From positions 14,195 through 78,194 of the forward strand of contig JAZJYR010000024.1 in assembly GCA_040390295.1 (NCBI GenBank): 64,000 nucleotides of DNA, given 5' to 3'. Source of the DNA: Pseudomonadota bacterium (GTDB lineage: Bacteria > Pseudomonadota > Gammaproteobacteria > Burkholderiales > Burkholderiaceae_C). A program made the position numbers and the translations under genes. This document shows, in pieces, positions 37,438 to 46,607 of the stretch (the first letter of the stretch is position 1; the number at the start of each line of letters is the position of its first letter). The notes below the pieces were generated by a model that was not told the DNA's origin, did not search any database, and saw only the letters and a list, made by a program, of their open reading frames with translations.

Positions 37438-37441
37438 CTAG
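36494..37441 (+). CDS. IS481-family transposase
   Basis: N-terminal HTH (MTPKGRAHLVKE...), then DTKKL...HVAIDDHSR...MTDNGLAYKS...RPYTPRTNGKAERF (DDE/rve). Intact 315-aa ORF. Confidence 0.9.
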   Translation: MNIHKNASMTPKGRAHLVKEIARIGLKPAAAAAGLSPRTARKWQQRYSQEGCVGLFDRSYRPLVCPQRSCASKIERAVRLRRTQRLTYERIAERVGLSRSAVARACKAAGAASLPTLQDAPPVVRYERASPGELLHLDTKKLHRFDRPGHRVTGDRTQNTPRAGSQALHVAIDDHSRVGFSLLLPDETARCACTHLLAALRFYKALGVKVTSVMTDNGLAYKSRRFAKLLRRLKIRHIRTRPYTPRTNGKAERFIQTLLREWAYAFVYPNSDARAGELAPWMHHYNFTRPHSAVSHRPPASRLGFDGNNVVRNYI

Positions 37442-37489
37442 GCGCATCACGACAGGCATGAACGTGCTTTACCCATCGTGGTCCATTGC

Positions 37490-37768
37490 TCAAAAAACTT
37501 TGAAAGGCTCAACGATGTCCTCAAATGTCTGCAGTTTGTGCGACTTGATCTCCAGATACAAGGGGTCTTGTTTGCCTTGATCGAAGCGCTGCGGATAGAC
37601 CAATAGATCACCAACGCACTGAAACTGCTTCAGCCAAGTGTCTGAATGCTTCACTTTTGCCATGGCTTTCGCAGGCAAATTGCTCGCCAGCGCCGGCTCT
37701 TGAACCGCTTGCTGCACGTATTGGCGAGCCACATCTATAGGCTTCATGCAACGTCTTCCTTCCGTCAT
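37490..37768 (-). CDS. hypothetical small protein
   Basis: 92-aa ORF in an AT-richer block with plausible composition. No recognisable motif. The start may be MKPID. Confidence 0.35.
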   Translation of the reverse strand: MTEGRRCMKPIDVARQYVQQAVQEPALASNLPAKAMAKVKHSDTWLKQFQCVGDLLVYPQRFDQGKQDPLYLEIKSHKLQTFEDIVEPFKVF

Positions 37769-37859
37769 TATTTTTTACTCCTGCGGTCGGACAATCCGCG
37801 TTGGCCAGCCGTTCACCTGCATCAAGGAGCCCTCCAAGCCATAAATTCGGTCCTTTCGT

Positions 37860-38078
37860 CTATGGTATTTCACATTGTTCTTTAACGAGATCCAAATACC
37901 GAACGTATCCGCCAGTTACTTCTCTCCGCCCTTCAATCATTTTTTCAACAGCTTCGGCGTAGGGCGTACCTTGGAGTCTCTTGTTCCATTCGTTGAGCTT
38001 TTTTTCGTGCTCAACTATCCAAATGTCAAAAAATGCAGCCAAGGTGCTCGCGTTCCCGCGTGTCACCAGATACATCAA
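37860..38078 (-). CDS. hypothetical small protein
   Basis: 72-aa ORF on the same strand as 37490-37768. No recognisable motif. Confidence 0.3.
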   Translation of the reverse strand: MMYLVTRGNASTLAAFFDIWIVEHEKKLNEWNKRLQGTPYAEAVEKMIEGRREVTGGYVRYLDLVKEQCEIP

Positions 38079-38263
38079 GTTGATTGAACCTTCTAAAGCA
38101 ATACGTCCCAGCGCCTAGCAACTCGCAGGCGAGCCAGTGGCAATCGCGGGATGATCCAGTTGATTCGCTTTCAGGTGGACCAATGACGGGCAAACTCGTA
38201 CTTAAAAGCACAGGGCGAGATAACAGAATAACAACAAACCTCGGTGCACCCGGAACATAAGAG

Positions 38264-38533
38264 GTGCTACTTCGTCCGATACGGACTGCGCGATTGGTAG
38301 CGATGAATAGCGAGAGCAGGGTCATTGAAGGCACTCGTACCGTTTCAGAATGGGCCATTTCAAAGTCAAAAGCGTACAGCTATCAGGTGCAGTGGATCAT
38401 CAGGCACGTAGGGGCACCTGCTTTAGTGGACGCGAAGCAACTTCGGAAGAGAAGTGCCGCCACCCTGAATAAGGCGTTGGCCAGTAGCTTTGATTCCGCC
38501 GATGATGCCCGAATTGACGAAGGGGCAATTTAG
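38264..38533 (+). CDS. hypothetical small protein
   Basis: 89-aa ORF with a probable start at MNSESR. No recognisable motif. Confidence 0.25.
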   Translation: MLLRPIRTARLVAMNSESRVIEGTRTVSEWAISKSKAYSYQVQWIIRHVGAPALVDAKQLRKRSAATLNKALASSFDSADDARIDEGAI

Positions 38534-38890
38534 TCCCAGTGTGACGGTCTTAGCCGGGGGCTTCTTAGACCCGGGTTTATAAGCAGCATTTTTCCTGCCG
38601 TGTGGTTCCAAAACTGAAGTTCGATCCAAGCCCTATCGGGCTAATCGTCAAGGCGTAGTGCCGTAGTGCCCAAAAAAGCACCAGCGAGCCGGATGGAGCA
38701 ACTCAAAGAAGACACGCCACGCCAGCTAATTTGAATCGTTGGCGATCGGCTGGTATTACTAATTATTTTTTTAACTTCACTGAGATTCTCCACTCAACAT
38801 TTGCGCTTGAATTTTTGAGGTCTTCTGGCAATCTTTCATTCCCAGTCAAGTTCTTCGAATTATCAAAATTGCAACCTCTACGAATTCAGA

Positions 38891-39363
38891 TGGAAAACTT
38901 AACCAACTCTTCACACAAAACCTACTCACTGAACCCATCACCTCCCCAAGGTGGTAACAACGAAGTCGGGGGCGTAATTAGGCTCCTACAGCACCTGTTC
39001 ATTCTGGTTTCGGCTGGCACTCTATTCTCCTTCGTGTTCTGGTTACTCCACAGCCGACAGTCTCAAGTAGTTTCCAGTCAACCCATTGGCCGTTTTGTAA
39101 GCATGAGCGGGCCCGGAGGGTTTCGAGGTAGTGTGGTGATCGAGACCGATTTGGGCTCCTATCCGATGAACAGTGGCGCAGTGATTAGCAAAGGCACTCC
39201 CCTAGTCCTGGAAAAACGCGCCTCCGGTGACGGATTCATCTGCGACGCCAACCACAACCTCTGCATCAAGACTTCCGGTCAGGAATTCAAGCAATCAGCA
39301 GACATTCCGATAGCCCCGAAACCGCTCGACCCCACCTTACCCTTACCAGGTGGCACACCATAA
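38891..39363 (+). CDS. hypothetical single-pass membrane protein
   Basis: MENLTNSS..., then a TM (LLQHLFILVSAGTLFSFVFWLL), then a ~100-aa probably beta-rich domain. The ORF is open from 38731. Confidence 0.4.
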
Positions 39364-39615
39364 TTTCTGCCGACATCGAACCTTTAACTCTCTCGGTTGT
39401 TTGGAACCAACGGGAATGAGCAAACTCGACCGCCAAACAACAAGTAAGCCATGTGATGAGCAGACCTAGTGGCGCAAGGTAAGCAGGCTCCGAGAAGCAT
39501 TGGATTAGTCGCTTGAATTTAATGCGGCATGTGCCATGCTTTGACGGCGTGATGATAAATCCGGCAAGAAATTTCAACATGCAGGGTTTAAAAAAATAAT
39601 CAATGGAGTTTCACA

Positions 39616-40035
39616 ATGCAACTATTTTCTTGGTCAGATTCCGAATCGCTTCAAAGTACAGCTGGAAATCACCCCCGAGTCGAAAAGCGCTATAGCTTGG
39701 ACAACGAGAATTTTGACTTCCACTCTCCCCTCGAAATCTTGTGCGCAATGGACGAGTACCTGCAGCTGGTGCCAGGCGCTAAATACTATTCCGCAGACTT
39801 TGCGCTTATCGAGCCTGAATGCTTTGACCAGGTCGATGAATTTCTCAATGGGCTTGAAATGAGGTTCTTCGAAAAGTTCGAGCATGCGAAGAACGTTTAC
39901 TTTAAGGATGCAGACACCACTGCAAAAACGGCACTAAAAATAGCCGTAGAAGCTTGGATCGCCGAATATATCTATGTAGAACCGCAATGGTGCATGGTGG
40001 ATCAGTCGGATTGCGTGACCATTGTGAACATCTAG
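39616..40035 (+). CDS. hypothetical acidic cytoplasmic protein (139 aa)
   Basis: Clean ORF, rich in D/E/F/Y. No recognisable motif. Confidence 0.45.
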   Translation: MQLFSWSDSESLQSTAGNHPRVEKRYSLDNENFDFHSPLEILCAMDEYLQLVPGAKYYSADFALIEPECFDQVDEFLNGLEMRFFEKFEHAKNVYFKDADTTAKTALKIAVEAWIAEYIYVEPQWCMVDQSDCVTIVNI

Positions 40036-40244
40036 CTTAGTGCTGAAGATTTTCAGTAGTCAAGATCTACTTCTACGAACAAAAAGCTTGTAAAGGTGCA
40101 ACGCTTTACAGGCTTATGCCAAAAATCGGCGGTCGATTCAAACTGCTGAAACAGAACGCAGAAAGAGCTGCTCAGGAAATTCGCCGAGAAATCGTTTTTT
40201 AAAAATCTTAAAGACAAGTCACTCAAATATCAGAAAGGCAATAA

Positions 40245-40445
40245 ATGCGTCTCTTAATTTCTTTATTTCTACCCTGGCTCACCTTCTTCACCATCGGGCG
40301 ACCATTTTCAGGATTGTTCTGCCTAGCGTTACAGCTCACACTCATCGGCTGGATTCCCGCGACTATCTGGGCTGTGTATGCATTGAGCCAGTACAAGACT
40401 GACAAAAAAATCGAGAAAGCTTTGGGGCAAAGGTCATCATCTTGA
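40245..40445 (+). CDS. YqaE/Pmp3-like small membrane protein
   Basis: LFLPWLTFFTIGRPFSGLFCLALQLTLIGWIPATIWAVYAL follows the LPPL...G...LTLLGxIPGxIxAxY pattern of two-TM Pmp3/YqaE proteins. Confidence 0.55.
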   Translation: MRLLISLFLPWLTFFTIGRPFSGLFCLALQLTLIGWIPATIWAVYALSQYKTDKKIEKALGQRSSS

Positions 40446-40502
40446 GCGACGCTTTCTGCGAATCCGATAGCGCATTCCCGTCAGCTGAACTGAAAGAACG
40501 CC

Positions 40503-40823
40503 ATGAACGAAGTCTATAGAAAGACAAAACGTGACGACAGAGAACAATGTATGAGATGTTGCAAAACCATGGTGCCACGCCTGCGCTTTTATCTTGGCGC
40601 GCCCTATGAGTCGTTTTGCCCATTCTGCGGTGGTCTCCATAAAGCGTTCACCGCGGAGTTGCCCAATACGCCCGGCATTTTCGAAGTTCTTGCTGCTTAC
40701 CTCTGTGGAGGCCTGGCGTTGGCGGTTGTGATTTGGGTACTTTTCATATCATTTCAACCGTTCTTTAAGCCTGTACAGCCAGATAATTCAGCCGCAAAAG
40801 CAGTTTTAAAGATCAAGAAATAG
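40503..40823 (+). CDS. hypothetical zinc-ribbon plus TM protein
   Basis: CMRCC...CPFCGG is a four-Cys ribbon, followed by the TM VLAAYLCGGLALAVVIWVLFISF. The hairpin AATGGCC/GGCCATT lies just downstream (~40843-40861). Confidence 0.45.
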   Translation: MNEVYRKTKRDDREQCMRCCKTMVPRLRFYLGAPYESFCPFCGGLHKAFTAELPNTPGIFEVLAAYLCGGLALAVVIWVLFISFQPFFKPVQPDNSAAKAVLKIKK

Positions 40824-41088
40824 AGCGCCGTTCGTGTTCCGAGAGAATGGCCTCGTCGGCCATTTAATGGGTTATCGGCCCGGTTTTTCGATGTCGCGTG
40901 AGATATTGCGTGCGACAACATGTGGGTCGACTACTGCTGCTTGGTCGTTAAATCCATACGCAGCCACATCGCAGCGCGCTTGACGCTACAGGTTTTTTTC
41001 TGGTAAGGAGCTTGTTCCGGGGCACTAGAGCCGGATAGGTTCCGATGAACCTGATCCGGCCATAGCCCCTCGCTTCGATTGTGGTCTT

Positions 41089-41355
41089 CTAGGCAATGCG
41101 TTGTGTGAATCGAGAAGGGATAAAGGTTTCAAAGTCACCCTGGTTCGCGTCCTCTCCTCGATAACTGAACACTAACGCGTCACCAGCCTCGCCCGCCCTC
41201 CCATTCAAAAAGCTCTTTAAGACCTTGAGTCTTGAACTCGGCGTTGTACCTTTCAAAAAACCCTTTGAAGTTTTCCAACCTCTGGGAAGCTGTTCGAACA
41301 CGAGCCGATTCACCGGCAATACCCCGTCAACATCTCCTGCAATCAGCTCAGTCAT
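41089..41355 (-). CDS. hypothetical protein downstream of the recombinase
   Basis: 88-aa ORF overlapping the recombinase stop by 8 nt. No motif. Confidence 0.35.
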   Translation of the reverse strand: MTELIAGDVDGVLPVNRLVFEQLPRGWKTSKGFLKGTTPSSRLKVLKSFLNGRAGEAGDALVFSYRGEDANQGDFETFIPSRFTQRIA

Positions 41356-42634
41356 GATTGCTCTTCGCTGGAGAGGTAGGCGTCATCGCCTCGTTCTGAG
41401 GGACAGTGAAAGGTTCGGAATCCTTTTGAGTGACAAGCCCAACCATTTTTTCTGGGGCGCTCGGTCCTTGAGCGCGACCAGCTAACAGAGCCTGGCGCTC
41501 CCGGGCCTTTTTCTGACGCGCGGCAGCTTGCGGCGTGGTGGAGCCGGCGTAGGCGCCAATAACGGATATGCGGCCATGACCCATGGCTTCGGTCGTTGCC
41601 TTGTAGGCCTGACGCTGTTTTACAGGGTCTGCGTGTTGGCCGTCACCGCCCCTGACCGTGGGCGTGATGTCATAGCCTTCCAGCATGGTGATGGCGAACC
41701 CGGCGCGCAGGCCGTGGCCGGTGATACCGAGGTCTTTTTGCGTGATACCGCAATGTTGCAAGACGCGGTCATACCTACTTGCGTTCTGCTTGAGAGTGAA
41801 ATGTGGTGGGCCGAAGCTATCCCGGTCACCGTAATTTCGCATCTCTTGGAGAATCGTGTACGCGGCCTGTTTGGCTACGTCATTGTCAGCAGCAATATTC
41901 ACCACACGCGGACGCTTGCCCTTTGTGCCGCGGATGATGGCGATGTCGACCCCGGCAACCCACTCGCTCCAATGCAATTTGGTCATGTCACGTTTGATCA
42001 GCCGGCCCTTTTTGTCGTATTGAGCTGGGTCTGCAGGAACGTGTACAGGCCTGATGTCGTCGAGCGGCTGGAACATCAGCGCCTCGTTCTTGCGATGCCC
42101 GAAGTTGTGTTGGCACCATAAGGCAAGTCCAACCCAGCGTTCCACTTTCATGACTTCGATGATCTTTTTGTCGATGTCGACCTTTGCGGCCTCCCACGAC
42201 TTGTCCCGCTCAGTAATGAGCGTACGCTTGCAGACGTCCTTGCCTAGGGCCTCATTGAAAACAAACACCAGATGCGCCTTCCCAATCCATCGCGCCAGAT
42301 GGCGGGTGTAGGTAGCGTAACCAGCTGCCATTGCCGGGCCAATCTCCCCGGCCTTGCTTTTGGCGCGAATGTGCCCTGCGATCGCTACAAAGTGACGTTC
42401 ATCCAGCGCATGAGGGTTGGACAGACCGCTGAAACCCAGTTTTTGACGGAGCCAGCCGAAAATCCGCTGCACGTTCTGGTTGGCTTCAACCTGGGTACGG
42501 TTGGACGTTTGCCGGGAAGGATCCCGCGCCTTGCTGACGCTTTTCTCGGCAACCAGTCTGGCCACCCGTGCACGCCAATTACCGGTCTGGTCACCCGTGA
42601 AGCTGCTGCGCCCGTTGAAGTTGAGTTTCTTCAT
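41348..42634 (-). CDS. tyrosine recombinase of the plasmid/phage Integrase_1 type
   Basis: ERDKSW...NFGHRKNEAL (Arg), RGTKGKRPRVVNI, HGLRAGFA (HxxR), and MGHGRISVIGAYAG (His...Tyr). Confidence 0.7.
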   Translation of the reverse strand: MKKLNFNGRSSFTGDQTGNWRARVARLVAEKSVSKARDPSRQTSNRTQVEANQNVQRIFGWLRQKLGFSGLSNPHALDERHFVAIAGHIRAKSKAGEIGPAMAAGYATYTRHLARWIGKAHLVFVFNEALGKDVCKRTLITERDKSWEAAKVDIDKKIIEVMKVERWVGLALWCQHNFGHRKNEALMFQPLDDIRPVHVPADPAQYDKKGRLIKRDMTKLHWSEWVAGVDIAIIRGTKGKRPRVVNIAADNDVAKQAAYTILQEMRNYGDRDSFGPPHFTLKQNASRYDRVLQHCGITQKDLGITGHGLRAGFAITMLEGYDITPTVRGGDGQHADPVKQRQAYKATTEAMGHGRISVIGAYAGSTTPQAAARQKKARERQALLAGRAQGPSAPEKMVGLVTQKDSEPFTVPQNEAMTPTSPAKSNHD

Positions 42635-43698
42635 GCGTCACCGCCTTCTTTTTGGTGCGGCGAAGCTACGGTTGCTTTGGGGAAGATCGTACGGTTGACG
42701 TACGCCATGCGCAGGGCGTACTTCTGGATGGCGGCGTCCAAATCAAGCCCGGTCCAGGCGAGGGTCTTGCGGTTGCGCGCCTGCATGAAGTCACGCACCT
42801 CGAGCATCAACTCGCTGTGATCTTGGATGTGCGGGATGTTTTTCTGCTGGTTACCCAAACCGACGCGGAGGTAGAGGTTTCCACCTTCGACTACGCCCCG
42901 CACGGCATCGAACTGAAACTGAAAAGCTATTTCTCGCGTGACCTTGATCTCGCGGGTGATTCGGTCCACCAGATAGTGAGTCAGGTCCGGCTTTGCACGG
43001 AGAAAGTTGCTTCGAGTGGCCACTTCATCACCACTGAGGACACGGTACCCTTGCAGTGTTTCGGCCTTCCTCTCAAAACCGGGCTCGTAATCTGTCAGCG
43101 GTCCGATCATCCCGTGCTTGCTCAATACCCGGGACCAGCCTCGCAGAACCGACCAGCGCACGTAGAGCGTGTTGGCTGCACAACCTTTTGTATTCCAGAT
43201 TTCCAGCAGCGCCTTGGCGTGGCGCAAACTAAATTTGGTGACGTCTTGAATGTCAAACCCACCGGCCTGCAGTTCCTTGTAAAAGGACGTAAGCAACACG
43301 ACGCGATTTTTGACGCTGGCGCGCGATGGCGTGCTGCCAATGAAGCGGTGATGGTTGGTCAAGGCTGTGCGAATCTGCTCGTCGTATGGGACAGACGCCG
43401 CAAAAGAAGGTTTCTCTGGCTCTTTTGTGTTGCGTGGGAAAGCATCGCTTCTCGTGCGAGACGGATGAGGGCGTGTACCTGCCTTATCGGGCGATTGAAC
43501 GGTGTAGGCAATGCCGCGTGGGTTCGATCCCCGCGACAAATCAAGAAAATTGGTTACTTCGGACATAGCTGCTCCTGCCAAAATCAGAGGGAACGCCCCC
43601 TTGTCGGCCATCGCAGCTATCTCTTTCGCACTTGTTGAGGTGTGTGCACCACCTGGCCGGAGCTCATGCATCAGGGAGGCCACCCTGATACCTGCCAA
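42631..43698 (-). CDS. paralogous Integrase_1-like protein lacking the catalytic C-terminal half
   Basis: It has the same N-terminal SAM-like module (FYKELQAGGFDIQDVTKFSLRHAKALLEIW...TLYVRWSVLRGW) and the first part of the catalytic domain. It ends before any HxxR...H...Y, and overlaps the next gene by 4 nt. Confidence 0.5.
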   Translation of the reverse strand: MAGIRVASLMHELRPGGAHTSTSAKEIAAMADKGAFPLILAGAAMSEVTNFLDLSRGSNPRGIAYTVQSPDKAGTRPHPSRTRSDAFPRNTKEPEKPSFAASVPYDEQIRTALTNHHRFIGSTPSRASVKNRVVLLTSFYKELQAGGFDIQDVTKFSLRHAKALLEIWNTKGCAANTLYVRWSVLRGWSRVLSKHGMIGPLTDYEPGFERKAETLQGYRVLSGDEVATRSNFLRAKPDLTHYLVDRITREIKVTREIAFQFQFDAVRGVVEGGNLYLRVGLGNQQKNIPHIQDHSELMLEVRDFMQARNRKTLAWTGLDLDAAIQKYALRMAYVNRTIFPKATVASPHQKEGGDA

Positions 43699-43899
43699 GT
43701 TGAACGGACCTGGGCCGTGGACGGTAACTTTGCTTCGAGGATTCTTGCGCCAGCGTCCTCACGCTCCACTCACGTGGCCATCTATCCGGGTGTGTCACTC
43801 CGAATAGACGTGGACCGTATCGCCGGTTAACGCGTTCCCTTACCACTTAGCTCCCAACCTCTGTTTAGATTCAACAAAGGCGCACGTACGCGTGAAGCT

Positions 43900-43967
43900 G
43901 CAGGTGGCGGCTTCGTGAGCAGGTGGCTCAACGTAGGTGTATGGATGCATCACTGAGCAGGTGGCTC
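43900..43967 (+). repeat. iteron-like direct repeats (GCAGGTGGC three times, twice as the 14-mer TGAGCAGGTGGCTC)
   Basis: Copies start at 43900, 43919 and 43957. The 14-mers are at 43916-43929 and 43954-43967. Confidence 0.45.
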
Positions 43968-44478
43968 GGCGATGTAAGTGGTATCGGGAATCCTCCTGTG
44001 TGGAGGTAGCTTGACTTGTCGTTCTCGCTTTGTCCAAGCAAGAGCCCTTTATCCCCCGTCACAGCGCGGCGGCGGAGGGGTCGCAGTTCAATTCAGAGAC
44101 CTTCGTAGGCGACCATTTGGGGCGCTTGGAGGGGGTTCTAAACCGCTGCAACAGGCTCGACTTTTACACAGTGATATTCGCGTTATCGGAATTTATTGTT
44201 TCAATATGACCGGGAACGCACTTCTACACTGTGTTTTACAACACTCTCCATTTTGAAAAGTATTAAAAATCAGAATTTTCTAAAGAATCACAGGGAGTGA
44301 TTCTTTAGGTGAAGGACAAAGGTCCTTCGGTTGACCGTGGAGTGAACCACCAGGCGCCACTTGAACGTGAGCACAGACGTTTGCTGCGATAGCGAATTTA
44401 GTCTAGCACAGCATTTGTGGATGTTGCAAGACCAGACGAGGCTAGTTGCATAAACGTAAATCTGCTTATCGCGTCTTG

Positions 44479-44603
44479 GTGTGGCAGAACTGTGGCAAAA
44501 GTGTGGCGGGTCCGAACACGCGCATCTGAAAAACGCAGTCCTTTTTTTGAAATAAGGATTTGATGCGACAGAGTTGCCACAGTTCTGCCACACTTTTGCC
44601 ACA
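44479..44603. promoter_or_regulatory. parC-like centromere/operator: two inverted arms, each with three TGTGGC repeats
   Basis: GTGTGGCAGAACTGTGGCAAAAGTGTGGCG (44479-44508) and GCCACAGTTCTGCCACACTTTTGCCACA (44576-44603) are inverted copies about 67 bp apart, 70 nt upstream of the parM-like start. Confidence 0.6.
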
Positions 44604-44671
44604 GTTGATACTTTGTTTATCTTAAAAGTCATTGGAAGATCAGCCCATCAATTTTTTGAAAGGGCTTCCAA

Positions 44672-45740
44672 ATGAGCAATGTCTTGGCGATCGATGTGGG
44701 CTACGGCCACGTCAAATGGGTATCCATCAACAGCAATGGAGAAACGAAAAAGGGTATGTTCCCGTCTGTTGCCGCGATCACAACACGGGATAGGTCCGGC
44801 GAAAGCAACGGGATGACCGGGCTCCGGACCGTGACGGTGAATGTAGGTGACCATAACTAGGTTGTTGGCCGAGACGCCTATCTCGAGACCGACGCTCACT
44901 TTTCCAGAACCAGGTTGAGTGACTATTTCCAGAGCGATGGCTACAGGGCCCTCATGCTCGGTGCGATGGTCATATCCGGGATGCGAGAAATCGACCAACT
45001 TGTCATTGGCCTGCCCCTTTCAACAATGGCGAGCTACCACGAAGTGCTAAAGGAGCAATACAAGGGCGAACATCTGGTCGGGGCGGCAAATACGAAACGA
45101 AAAAAATGCCATCACGGTTGAAAACGTGATCGTGACTTCGCAGCCCGCCGGCGCGATCCTGCACGCAGCATCAGTTGACGACACATTGAGAAAGAAAACC
45201 AGCCTCGTAATCGATGTGGGCTATTTCACCGTGGACTACCTGATGTGCCAAGGCCTTCGTCCGTACTACTCCAGGTCAGGATCAGTAGAAGGCGGCATGA
45301 GCAGCTACTACGACCGTCTCGGAGTAGCAGTTGTCGAGCATATGGCCATGGAAGGCTTGGGCAAGAAGTCTGGTGTCGACCATTTTCTGTTGGAAAAGGC
45401 TTTGACTGAAGGGGTTCGACTAGACGACGGGAGCATGAAATACACCTTGTTGTTAGGCAACGCGGCACTGGATATCAGCAGTTGCGTCGTGAAGTCCAAG
45501 ATCAAACTAACTGGCTACCTTGACCGGATCATGACTGGCCTCGGAAGCAATTCGTTAGACATGATCACCAGCATCATTCTTGCCGGCGGTGGCGGCGCCT
45601 TCCTGAAACAAGAGCTCAAAGAGAAGCTTGTCACAAGCCATGAGCTTATTGAGCTTAGCCAAGGCCAGTTCGCAATTGCTCAAGGATATGCCGCGCTTGG
45701 GGTGGTGTCAGCCAACAAACGCTTGGGCGTGGTGGCCTGA
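44672..45740 (+). pseudogene. parM: ParM/StbA-family actin-like segregation ATPase, disrupted
   Basis: MSNVLAIDVGYGHVKW... (phosphate-1 motif) and ...VIDVGYFTVDY...ILAGGGGAF. An in-frame TAG lies at 44858-44860, and the frame changes at the A7 run 45100-45106. Confidence 0.7.
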
Positions 45741-45755
45741 ACGAGGCACTGAACT

Positions 45756-46217
45756 GTGAAACAAGCAACATCAAGCGATGAGTTGATTGAAATTCGAGGC
45801 AGGATCTATGCAAGGCACCCGAGTTATGACCGGTGCCGATCAGCTAAGGAAGGGACAGCCTTCAAAACCCTATTGGATCTAGCAGATCAAGCAGTCATTG
45901 CGAGCAACCGATTGGCACAAATGGTAGAGGCCGGCCATCCCCTCCACCCTACCCTGTCGGGCATGAAGAGTGCTGAAGCGATCACCTATCTTCTCGGTGT
46001 CACCCAGAAATACATGCAGCAGGCTTTCCTCTTTCCAGGTGACAAGAATGCAGTCGCGTCGAGTGACCAACTGGCTCAGCAACTGGTTACGCCAAACACT
46101 GGCGTTCACAAGACTGACCCTCCGGGAGCACGCGTCGAGATTTCGTCAGGAAAAACCCTGGATCTTGACGACGAAACCTTCGACGCATTTTCCAGTTTCA
46201 CAGCAGCGCAGAACTGA
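45756..46217 (+). CDS. hypothetical protein in the ParR (adaptor) position
   Basis: 153-aa ORF (GTG start) 15 nt after the parM-like gene. The assignment rests on gene order only. Confidence 0.3.
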   Translation: MKQATSSDELIEIRGRIYARHPSYDRCRSAKEGTAFKTLLDLADQAVIASNRLAQMVEAGHPLHPTLSGMKSAEAITYLLGVTQKYMQQAFLFPGDKNAVASSDQLAQQLVTPNTGVHKTDPPGARVEISSGKTLDLDDETFDAFSSFTAAQN

Positions 46218-46607
46218 TCTTGTTATAAAAACGGTTTGCGTTGTCACTCCAACACTAATTCATACCTCTAGAATTTTTCGATACTTTGGAACCAGCTTAT
46301 TTCTGGTCTCAGCGAGCCTTTTTAATGCGGGTGCGCGTACCGTACAAAGTACTGGGAGTTGCGTCACTCCAATTCGACTACCGATGGAAAGCTGGCTAAA
46401 TCCGTTAGCAACAACTGAAACGCCCGCCATGAAATTAGTCTTCATCAAAGAAGCATATATTTCAGCGTCCAAAATTAAAGCTATCGGAAATCTCCGCTGC
46501 TATTGATAACCTTTTTTATCAACATTTGAAAATTTGATGGTCAGCAATCGACGACAAAGCGGAATTTTCAAGATTCGGATTTATCGCCCGATGCCGGTCA
46601 TTTCGGG

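Noticed and set aside
44288-44632. A 114-aa minus-strand ORF covers the parC-like repeats.
   Set aside because: It overlaps the inverted iteron arms and hairpins. Its sequence is dictated by those repeats and it has no motif.
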